The position numbers and the translations under genes are program-made. 12,354 bases of DNA from Candidatus Micrarchaeota archaeon. GTDB lineage: Archaea; B1Sed10-29. The notes below the pieces were generated by a model. The model did not search any database and had not been told where the DNA came from. It worked only from the letters and a program-made list of their open reading frames with translations. Positions 1-6,869 of the stretch are shown piece by piece (the stretch's first letter is position 1; every line of letters begins with the position of its first letter). The stretch spans positions 1 through 12,354 of the forward strand of contig CAYLXZ010000021.1 in the NCBI GenBank assembly GCA_964388265.1, in the 5' to 3' direction.

Positions 1-2
1 AC

Positions 3-161
3 CTTATCCTGGATATAGAGGAAAGTAAAGCAGTTAGGATAACTACGGAGAAACTTAACGAGCTTACGAGCAAGCAAGAACTTTCCAATACCCTGAAGGA
101 TAATAGTGTTCTGTACGATAGAGTCAAGTCAATATCTGATATCGTGCTAGTGGGTAAATAG
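3..161 (+). CDS. Possible 3' end of a gene truncated by the window start (unknown product)
   Basis: Frame +3 is open from base 3 to TAG at 159-161 and reads LILDIEESKAVRITTEKLNELTSKQELSNTLKDNSVLYDRVKSISDIVLVGK*. Composition is protein-like. A small hairpin (aaggg-ttagtt-ccctt) and T-rich sequence follow. No family recognised. Confidence 0.45.
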   Translation, partial: LILDIEESKAVRITTEKLNELTSKQELSNTLKDNSVLYDRVKSISDIVLVGK

Positions 162-267
162 AGAGGGTAAGGGTTAGTTCCCTTTGGATGTTTCCTTTCC
201 TTGGATAAGGTTAGTTGGTTGTAGAGTTATTTTTAGTTCTGGTTTCTTTTGAGTTTTACTTGGGCTG

Positions 268-292
268 AAAAATAGAAAAAAAGAAAGGAAAG
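268..292 (-). terminator. U-rich archaeal terminator downstream of hsp20
   Basis: The minus strand reads ctttcctttctttttttctattttt a few bases after the hsp20 stop codon. Confidence 0.6.
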
Positions 293-298
293 TGTTTT

Positions 299-712
299 TT
301 ATTTGATCTCTATCTGTTTTCCTTCTTCCTCTGGGTGGGCTTTTGGTAGGTTGATTTCTAGTACTCCGTTTTTGTATTCTGCTTGGGCTTTGGATGGTTT
401 TACTTCTGCTGGTAGATCTATGTATCTTTTGTATGATTTGCTGCTTCTTTCTCTGTAGTAGTATCCTTCGTCTTTTTCTTTTTTACCTTTCTTGGATTCT
501 GCTTTTATTTCTAGGTGAGTGGGTTCTGCGTTGATTTCTATGTCTTCTTTTCTTACTCCTGGCATCTCTGCTATGACTGTTATTTCTTCTTCTTTGTTCA
601 CTACGTCTATTTCTGGTCTTTGGAAGCCTTGGAATCCTTTTCCTTGGGTTGTGTCTTGGAACATCTTGTTCATTCTTCTTCTCATCTCCTCGAAGTCTTT
701 GAATGGATCCAT
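299..712 (-). CDS. hsp20: Small heat shock protein, Hsp20/alpha-crystallin family
   Basis: N-terminus MDPFKDFEEMRRRMNKMF; alpha-crystallin domain (AEMPGVRKEDI...YYYRERS...AEYKNGVLEINLPK); C-terminal IEI (IXI) motif; RBS GGGGTGA just upstream. Confidence 0.96.
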   Translation of the reverse strand: MDPFKDFEEMRRRMNKMFQDTTQGKGFQGFQRPEIDVVNKEEEITVIAEMPGVRKEDIEINAEPTHLEIKAESKKGKKEKDEGYYYRERSSKSYKRYIDLPAEVKPSKAQAEYKNGVLEINLPKAHPEEEGKQIEIK

Positions 713-716
713 TTTT

Positions 717-968
717 TCACCCCCTTTGTTTTTTCTTTCTCTGCGCCTGTTTCTTTTCTTTGGTTTGAATCTTTTTAAATTTTTTCATGTATTCTTTCCA
801 GCTAGGTTCCTCCACTCCTTTCTTTTCTTCAAGTCTCTTTAGGTCTTTGATTAGGTTTGCGGTGGACTGATGCCATTCTTTTATGTGCACTCTCTTTACT
901 TGCATGTCGTAGAGTGTGTCTTCGATTAACTGTTTCTTCCGCTCTATCTCTTTATCTAAATAAGCCAT
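717..968 (-). CDS. Hypothetical 83-aa highly charged, basic coiled-coil protein, probably co-transcribed with hsp20
   Basis: K/E-rich helical ORF with the local A-rich codon style. Its stop codon lies within the hsp20 RBS (GGGG-TGA-AAAA-ATG). Confidence 0.72.
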   Translation of the reverse strand: MAYLDKEIERKKQLIEDTLYDMQVKRVHIKEWHQSTANLIKDLKRLEEKKGVEEPSWKEYMKKFKKIQTKEKKQAQRKKKQRG

Positions 969-1064
969 TCATGATCTCTGTTCCTTTTCCCACTTTGTTT
1001 TCATCTGCTTTATCTGTCGCCTGTGTCTGAGGTATTATCCTCTTTACCTAATGTATGTCTCCGT

Positions 1065-1081
1065 TGATATAACTTTTTTGG
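1065..1081 (-). promoter_or_regulatory. Putative BRE/TATA promoter for the 83-aa ORF/hsp20 unit
   Basis: The minus strand reads ccaaaaaag-TTATATCA: a purine-rich BRE-like stretch followed by a TATA box. Confidence 0.55.
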
Positions 1082-1118
1082 TTCTCCTTCATCTCTTCTG
1101 TTCACCGGACCACCTGGA

Positions 1119-1150
1119 TTTATAAGTGCTTATTTCCTTCAGTATATAAG
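1119..1150 (+). promoter_or_regulatory. Candidate TATA boxes for the surface protein gene
   Basis: TTTATAAG (1119-1126) and TATATAAG (1143-1150) lie upstream of the ATG at 1176; GGAGA RBS-like motifs precede the start. Confidence 0.45.
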
Positions 1151-1175
1151 TATTAAGAATGGGAGAATATGGAGA

Positions 1176-2909
1176 ATGTTTGTGAGTAGAATACTGAACT
1201 ACGTCACAGCTGTATCAATACTGCTAATTACACTTTCTGTAACGGCAATAGCTTTCTCTGGGGAAGGATTAGGAACGGAAGTAAATCCTTATAATATAAG
1301 CACCCTCGGAGAACTAAATGAAACTAGAAATAATCTAACAGCACACTATCAACTCATAAATAACATAAACGCGTCAGAAACAGAGAACTGGAATGATGGC
1401 TCTGGATTTAACCCAATAGGAAACTGGGACGCTTCGCTCGAAGGTGTTTTTAACGGTAATGGAAATATAATTAGAGGACTTTACATGGATAGTGGGAAAA
1501 GGACGGCTCTTTTTGCTTTAGTGGGGGGTAGCGGAGTTATCAAGAACGTTGAGCTTAGAGATGTGAATATCACAGGAAAGAAATTTGTAGGCGCATTAGC
1601 AGGAGAAAGCTATGGCTCTATCTTCAATTCATCCTCCACTGGGAGGATTGCGTGCCCTTACCATGATAGTATGACAGGAGAGGGGAACCTTGTCGGTGGA
1701 TTGGTGGGTTTGAACGATGGAGGTTCCTCTGCGGGCGTTATAGAGAGTTCCTATTCTAATTGCACTGTTTCAGGGTACGATGAAATAGGTGGATTAGCAG
1801 GAAGAAGTTCTGGCAAAATCTATAATTCCTATGCTTCAGGAAGCGTCTCAGGGAACAATCAGGTTAGCGGGTTAGTCGGGGAGAATGCTGGATTGATAGA
1901 GAACTCCTATTCTACTACCTCTGTTTCTGGTATCTATGGCTTTGTAGATTATAATACAGGTACATGTTCCAACTGTTTCTGGGACATAGAAACCAGTAAT
2001 CAGGACGAAACTGAATGCAATGCTACTGGTAAGAACACGAGTAAGATGAAGGACTTCTCCACGTTCGATAGTGCAGGATGGAATATAACCACGACAACCG
2101 AAGGAAATCCAACTAATGGCTATCCGTTCCTCTCATGGCAGCTGGGAAGCAGCCCAACCTGGTACATCTACGAAGAAGAAACAACCACAAACACCGCTCC
2201 AAACAAACCTACAGACCCAGAGCCAGGAAATGGATCCACAGAAGTATCCACCACAGTACAGCTAAACGTCACAGTCACCGACCCAGACGGAGATTCAATG
2301 AACATCACATTCTACAACTCTGTTGACGATACAACAATAGGAACAGACAACCACGTACCCAACGGATCCACAGCCACGGCAGAATGGAGCGAACTAAACT
2401 CAAACACTACATACAAATGGTACACCACTGCCAACGACGGTTCAACAACCAACACCTCAGACACATGGACCTTCACCACAAAAACAGAAACCACAGGAAA
2501 CTCACCCCCAGAAATAACCTCCCACACCCCTAGCAACGGAGAAAAAGTAGGAAACAAAACACATCAAGAACTCACAATAACAGTAGAAGATCCAGACGGA
2601 CAAGATATGAACGTAACATTCATAAACGCCTCAAACGGAAACACACTCAACACCAACACCTCAATACCCAGCGGAACAACAGTAAAATACAACTGGACAG
2701 AACTAAACACCAACACAACTTATGAATGGTATGTAAACGTCACAGACGGAAACACCACAGTACAAGGCGGACCATGGGAATTCACAACCCAAGAACAACT
2801 GAAAAAGGTGAAAGCGATACCAATAACTGCACCGGAGTTTACTCCTATAATGATTTTAGCATTGTTCACTATAACAGTAGCGTTCTATTTGATTGATGGG
2901 GATGAGTAG
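1176..2909 (+). CDS. Secreted, cell-surface glycoprotein: signal peptide, GLUG-motif repeat domain, two Ig/Fn3-like repeats, PEF-CTERM-like membrane anchor
   Basis: Hydrophobic N-terminus; FSGEGLGTEVNPY..I start typical of GLUG-domain proteins; repeats VGALAG, VGGLVG, IGGLAG, VSGLVG; two DPDG-containing beta-rich repeats; about 24 N-X-S/T sequons by manual count; C-terminal PEF plus a hydrophobic helix. Confidence 0.88.
   Translation: MFVSRILNYVTAVSILLITLSVTAIAFSGEGLGTEVNPYNISTLGELNETRNNLTAHYQLINNINASETENWNDGSGFNPIGNWDASLEGVFNGNGNIIRGLYMDSGKRTALFALVGGSGVIKNVELRDVNITGKKFVGALAGESYGSIFNSSSTGRIACPYHDSMTGEGNLVGGLVGLNDGGSSAGVIESSYSNCTVSGYDEIGGLAGRSSGKIYNSYASGSVSGNNQVSGLVGENAGLIENSYSTTSVSGIYGFVDYNTGTCSNCFWDIETSNQDETECNATGKNTSKMKDFSTFDSAGWNITTTTEGNPTNGYPFLSWQLGSSPTWYIYEEETTTNTAPNKPTDPEPGNGSTEVSTTVQLNVTVTDPDGDSMNITFYNSVDDTTIGTDNHVPNGSTATAEWSELNSNTTYKWYTTANDGSTTNTSDTWTFTTKTETTGNSPPEITSHTPSNGEKVGNKTHQELTITVEDPDGQDMNVTFINASNGNTLNTNTSIPSGTTVKYNWTELNTNTTYEWYVNVTDGNTTVQGGPWEFTTQEQLKKVKAIPITAPEFTPIMILALFTITVAFYLIDGDE
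2190..2789 (+). repeat. Two diverged tandem ~97-aa Ig/Fn3-like domain repeats (2190-2480 and 2499-2789)
   Basis: Shared pattern N..P.....P.NG...L..TV.DPDG..MN.TF.N...W.ELN.NTTY.WY....DG.TT.....W.FTT. Confidence 0.85.
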
Positions 2910-2934
2910 CTCTTGAATTGTTTTCTTACATGTT

Positions 2935-4239
2935 TTATGTGATTTTCTTCACTTCTTTCTCTAGACCTGGTTTTGTCTTTTCTTCTAGGCTGTAGGTTAT
3001 TCGTGCTGATGGCTTGTTTATGTTTATGAATTTTCTGAGGTTTATTGGTGTGCCTATTATGACTGCGTCGCATTCTGCTTTGTTGACTGTTCTTTCTAGT
3101 TCGCTGATTTGCTTTGGGGAGTATCCCATGGCTGGTAGTACTTTACCTAGGTTGTATTTCCTGTAAATTTGTTTTATTGATCCTACTGCGTATTTGCTGG
3201 GGTCTATGGCTTCTGCTCCGTGTTTTTGTGCTGCTATGTATCCTGCTCCATGTTTCATTCCTCCATGAGTTAATGTGGGTCCGTCTTCTATCACTATGAC
3301 TTTTTTTCCTTTGATTATGGATGGGTTGTCTACCTCTATCTTGGACTCTGCTTCGATTACTCTGGCTTCTGGGTTGCTGTTCTGGATGTTTTTCTTCACT
3401 GTCCTGATGTCTCTTTTCTCGGCTGTGCCTACTTTGTTTATCACGGCTGTGTCGCATAGCCGCATGTTTATCTCGCCTGGGTAGTATTTTCTCTCGTGCC
3501 CTGGTCTTAGTGGATCGAATACAGTTACCATGAGGTCTGGTTTGTAGAATGGTGTGTCGTTGTTTCCTCCGTCCCATAGTATTACTTCGGATTCTTTTTC
3601 TGCTTCTTTCAGTATCTTCTGGTAGTTCACTCCTGCGTATAATGTGGCTCCGAGGTCTATGTATTGTTCGTATTCTTCTCTTTCCTCTATGGTGCAGTTC
3701 TTTTCTTCTAGGTCTTCGTAGTCTTTGAATTTCTGTATTTCTTGTTCTTTCAGGTCTCCATAGGGCATTGGATGCCTTACTACTGCGGGTTCCACATCGT
3801 GTTCTCTTAGTATCTCTAGGATTCTTCTGGATGTCTGGCTTTTTCCTGCTCCGGTTCTCACTGCTGTGACGGCTATAACTGGTTTTTTGGATTCCAACAT
3901 TGTTTCTCTAGGTGGTACCATGGTGAATCTGGCACCGGCTGAGTTCACTTTAGCTGCTTTTCTCATTACATCTATGTAGTTTAGGTCTGAGTAGCTTAAG
4001 ACTGCTTCATCTATGTTTTCTCTTTGTATTATTTCTGTGATGTTTTCTTCTTTCTTGATTGGTATTCCTTCTGGGTAGTTTTCTCCTGCTAGTTCGGATG
4101 GGTATTCTCTACCTGCTATGTCAGGGATCTGTGTCTCAGTGAAGCACACTATCTCTACGTCATCGTTGTTTTTGTATAGCGTGTTGAAGTTATGGAAGTC
4201 GCGGCCCGCTGCTCCCATTATAACTATTTTCTTGGTCAC
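2935..4239 (-). CDS. arcE: COG2403-family P-loop enzyme, probably arginine synthetase ArcE-like (often annotated as GTPase or cyclic 2,3-diphosphoglycerate synthase family)
   Basis: Motifs GAAGRDFHNF, AVRTGAGKS (P-loop), RHPMPYG, CTIEEREEYE, WDGGNND, EDGPTLTHG, LPAMGY. GTG start with RBS GAGGTGA. Lacks the DGEHY N-terminal motif I recall for true CpgS. Confidence 0.8.
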   Translation of the reverse strand: MTKKIVIMGAAGRDFHNFNTLYKNNDDVEIVCFTETQIPDIAGREYPSELAGENYPEGIPIKKEENITEIIQRENIDEAVLSYSDLNYIDVMRKAAKVNSAGARFTMVPPRETMLESKKPVIAVTAVRTGAGKSQTSRRILEILREHDVEPAVVRHPMPYGDLKEQEIQKFKDYEDLEEKNCTIEEREEYEQYIDLGATLYAGVNYQKILKEAEKESEVILWDGGNNDTPFYKPDLMVTVFDPLRPGHERKYYPGEINMRLCDTAVINKVGTAEKRDIRTVKKNIQNSNPEARVIEAESKIEVDNPSIIKGKKVIVIEDGPTLTHGGMKHGAGYIAAQKHGAEAIDPSKYAVGSIKQIYRKYNLGKVLPAMGYSPKQISELERTVNKAECDAVIIGTPINLRKFININKPSARITYSLEEKTKPGLEKEVKKIT

Positions 4240-4274
4240 TTTCTCACCTCGAGTTAACTAAAGAACTCTTCTTT

Positions 4275-4751
4275 TTAATTTTTAACGTTGTCTATTCTGT
4301 CAAGGATTTTTCTGAGTTTTTCCTTTGCTTTTTCCAGGTCTTCTTCATTGGGTCTTCCTTTGTTTATTCCTCCTATGAGCTTGAATGGACCTTCTTCGTA
4401 TCCTCTGCAGTTGAATGTTCCTATTACTTTGAGGTTTTTTCTCTCTAGTTTCTTCTTTATCTTCTTGTTGAAGTTATGGATTACTGGGATTTTTGGCAGT
4501 CCACTGGTTGAGAATATGAATGCTTTTGTCTTTTTCATGTCGGGTAGGTTGTCTATGAATTTTAGTAGTGATTTGTGGTGTTTTCTGATGTATATGCCTG
4601 ATCCGAAGCAAATTAAGTCGTATTCGGATGGTTTTAAATCTTTTATTTCTTCAGGTGTCTTCATCTCGCAGTCTAGTTCTTCTTTGAGTGCTCTAGCTAT
4701 CTTCTTTGTGTTTCCTTTGTACACTGATTTGTATATAATTAGTGAATTCAT
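4275..4751 (-). CDS. Flavodoxin-family protein
   Basis: FMN phosphate loop SVYKGNTKKIA plus FGSGIY, FSTSG, FNCRG and GRPNEEDL. The ATG directly abuts the htpX stop (TAGATG). Confidence 0.9.
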   Translation of the reverse strand: MNSLIIYKSVYKGNTKKIARALKEELDCEMKTPEEIKDLKPSEYDLICFGSGIYIRKHHKSLLKFIDNLPDMKKTKAFIFSTSGLPKIPVIHNFNKKIKKKLERKNLKVIGTFNCRGYEEGPFKLIGGINKGRPNEEDLEKAKEKLRKILDRIDNVKN

Positions 4752-5648
4752 CTATACCTCGATCTCTTCCAGGTTCTTTATTCTCTTTCTGGGTAGTGGG
4801 TGGCTCATGAATATTTCTACGAAGCTGCTTTTTCCGTTTGAGCCTGCTGCGGATTTTTTTCCTGGTTCTGCTATATAGAGGTTCTTTAGAGTGCTGTCTG
4901 ATGGATTTTTTCTCTTTTTTCGCCTTTTCTGCCTAACTGGGTTTGGTTTGTGGGAGGTTATCTTCTGTAGGGCGTTCGCTAGTGCTGATGGGTTCTCTGT
5001 TAGGTATGCTGAGTGTGCGTCTGCGTAGTATTCTCTTACTCTGGATAGGTACATCACTACGAGTGAACCTATGAATTGAGCTATCATTCCTCCTATCCAG
5101 GCTCCGAAGAAACCCATTCCGCTGTTTTCGTCTCCTCCTGCCATCATGGATCCGAAGAACACTACGTAGAAAAGAATCATTGGCAGGGCACTGGCTAGGG
5201 TTATCACGGTGGTGTCTCTGTGTTTAATATGGCCTACTTCGTGTGCTATTACTCCTTCTAGTTCTTCTTTGTTTAGTTTGTTGATTAGCCCGGTGTGTAG
5301 TGCTATGGCGCTTGATTTCTGTGTTCTTCCGAATGCGAAGGCATTTGGAGTTTCGTTTTCCACGAGGTAGACTTTTGGTTTTGGTATTCCTGCTTTCTCG
5401 GCTAGGTTGTGTACGAGTTTCTTTATCTCTGGGTCCTTGCATTTCTTGGCTCCGGACATCTTCTTTATCAATGCCGGTGATATAGCCCATTGTAGGCCTA
5501 TCATCAGTGCTACGAATCCTACTATTCCGGCTAGCATTGGAATTCCTGTGGTTCCTAGGATCTGTAGGGCTATCCAGAACACGGCTGCTAGGAACCCTCC
5601 CATGATTAGGAAGGTTACCATTATGGCCCATAGTAGTTTTGGTTTCAT
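4752..5648 (-). CDS. htpX: HtpX-type membrane zinc metalloprotease (peptidase M48)
   Basis: Two N-terminal TM helices, PNAFAFG, HEVGH (HEXXH), two further TM helices, REYYAD, and SHP...RI. Confidence 0.94.
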   Translation of the reverse strand: MKPKLLWAIMVTFLIMGGFLAAVFWIALQILGTTGIPMLAGIVGFVALMIGLQWAISPALIKKMSGAKKCKDPEIKKLVHNLAEKAGIPKPKVYLVENETPNAFAFGRTQKSSAIALHTGLINKLNKEELEGVIAHEVGHIKHRDTTVITLASALPMILFYVVFFGSMMAGGDENSGMGFFGAWIGGMIAQFIGSLVVMYLSRVREYYADAHSAYLTENPSALANALQKITSHKPNPVRQKRRKKRKNPSDSTLKNLYIAEPGKKSAAGSNGKSSFVEIFMSHPLPRKRIKNLEEIEV

Positions 5649-5704
5649 TCTATCACTTTAATTGGTTTTTCTCTTCGTTCCATTTATAGTTATCTCTACA
5701 GGGT

Positions 5705-5713
5705 TTTTATAAA
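5705..5713 (+). promoter_or_regulatory. TATA box for the flippase-like/GT operon, probably producing a leaderless mRNA; lies in the divergent intergenic region shared with htpX
   Basis: TTTTATAAA ends about 21 nt before the ATG at 5735, and no RBS lies between them. Confidence 0.6.
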
Positions 5714-5734
5714 GTTGTTGAGTTTTATCTATAT

Positions 5735-6820
5735 ATGTCTCTATTTAATGGAAGTAGGTGGAAGACTCTTGCAGTGGCTTTCCTTGCCTGGATAGCTATT
5801 ATCTTAGTCTTGATTAATTTGACGGGTGTTGAACCTGGTTTGATTTTCTCTGTTGATCCTTTCTACCTTGGCTTGGCTTTACTGTCTTTCTTCATCGGTT
5901 TATTGGTCTACGCGGTTAGTTGGATTATTCTCTTAAGGTCCACTGGGGAGAAACCCCATATCCTAACTGTTTTGAAGTCGATGATGATCGGTTTCTTTGT
6001 TGACAATGTCTTCCCTCCTGTTGGACCGGCTGGGGAGATCACCATGGGCTACGTGGCTCATAAAGAAGATGATATTGATCTGATGAATTCACTTGCTTCG
6101 GTAACAGCTCAGATGTTCGCCTGGGCAATTGGGTTTAGTATGATGGCTTTACTAGTTGTATATTGGGTTATATATACGACTCCGATAAATCTAGCTGTGT
6201 TAGTGGGTCTTGTCTTCCTCTTGGTTCTGTTCCTACTTGCTACTTCGGCTCTCGGTTACTTCCTGTTCGAACCAGAGAAAGTGAAGAAGCTGGTCATGTA
6301 CCTCGGACTCAAAGTCACTTACCTGATAAAGAGAATAGGTTTCCTCAAGCAAAGAGAGATAGGTGAAGTGGAAGATACTCTTAGCTCGTATCTGGATTCA
6401 TTTAAAGGATCAGCTAAACCTTTCCTACATAGAAAGAAAACTCTAATTATATCCAGCTTCATTATGTTAGCTCACCACGCGTTGGTTGCCTTAACCTTCT
6501 ACTTCACAGCCCGTGGACTAGGAATAGAGACCCATATCTCCATATTATTCCTCTTCTTCGTGATCTCTCTACTCCTGGCCTGGGTTTCCTTCATTCCAGG
6601 AGGACTTGGAGTATTCGAAGTGTCTTCAATATCCCTAATATCAACCACAGTAGCTTCCTCCACAGCAATACTAGCCATAGGGGTATTCAGATTAATCCAT
6701 TACTGGTCAGAAACCTTCATAGGGGCATTCCTAGCAATAGAATACGAAATAGAGGATATAGTGGAAACAAACCAAGAGATAAAGGACACCGGGACCCATA
6801 AAAACCTAGAGGACAAATAA
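5735..6820 (+). CDS. Lysylphosphatidylglycerol-synthase TM domain (UPF0104/AglD2-like) flippase-like membrane protein
   Basis: Multi-TM protein with W.ILL, F..NVFP..PAGE, the PGGLGVFE signature and a C-terminal FRLIHYW motif. Confidence 0.88.
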   Translation: MSLFNGSRWKTLAVAFLAWIAIILVLINLTGVEPGLIFSVDPFYLGLALLSFFIGLLVYAVSWIILLRSTGEKPHILTVLKSMMIGFFVDNVFPPVGPAGEITMGYVAHKEDDIDLMNSLASVTAQMFAWAIGFSMMALLVVYWVIYTTPINLAVLVGLVFLLVLFLLATSALGYFLFEPEKVKKLVMYLGLKVTYLIKRIGFLKQREIGEVEDTLSSYLDSFKGSAKPFLHRKKTLIISSFIMLAHHALVALTFYFTARGLGIETHISILFLFFVISLLLAWVSFIPGGLGVFEVSSISLISTTVASSTAILAIGVFRLIHYWSETFIGAFLAIEYEIEDIVETNQEIKDTGTHKNLEDK

Positions 6821-6869
6821 TAAACAGTGATCAAAACGAACTGCCTTATCCTTTCGGAGAAACGATAAG

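Noticed and set aside
18..262. RNase P RNA suggested by GAGGAAAGT (18-26), similar to conserved region I
   Set aside because: It is not followed by the expected CC, there is no ACAGAA-type conserved region V, and the region is AT-rich without GC-rich helices.
515..842. Plus-strand ORFs 515-778 and 519-842
   Set aside because: Antisense shadows of hsp20 and the 83-aa ORF; their F/S/L-rich composition comes from the A-rich coding strand.
1063..1073. GTT-N5-AAC palindrome over the hsp20-operon TATA box as a heat-shock repressor operator
   Set aside because: Only 3-bp arms, opposite orientation to the AAC-N5-GTT core I recall for HSR1/Phr sites, and the same 11-mer occurs inside hef near 10387.
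2135..3577. Alternative-frame ORFs 2135-2326, 2312-2557, 2885-3073, 3114-3299, 3143-3577 and 3275-3484
   Set aside because: They overlap well-supported genes. T-poor coding strands suppress stop codons in shifted frames and give R/H/Q-rich or S/F-rich pseudo-ORFs.
2935..4239. Annotation as true cyclic 2,3-diphosphoglycerate synthetase (cpgS)
   Set aside because: It lacks the DGEHY N-terminal motif and an adjacent 2-phosphoglycerate kinase gene; the motifs fit the ArcE-like subfamily better.
4288..5661. ORFs 4288-4878, 5224-5631, 5300-5485 and 5407-5661
   Set aside because: Antisense or frame shadows of the flavodoxin and htpX genes, with no recognisable motifs.
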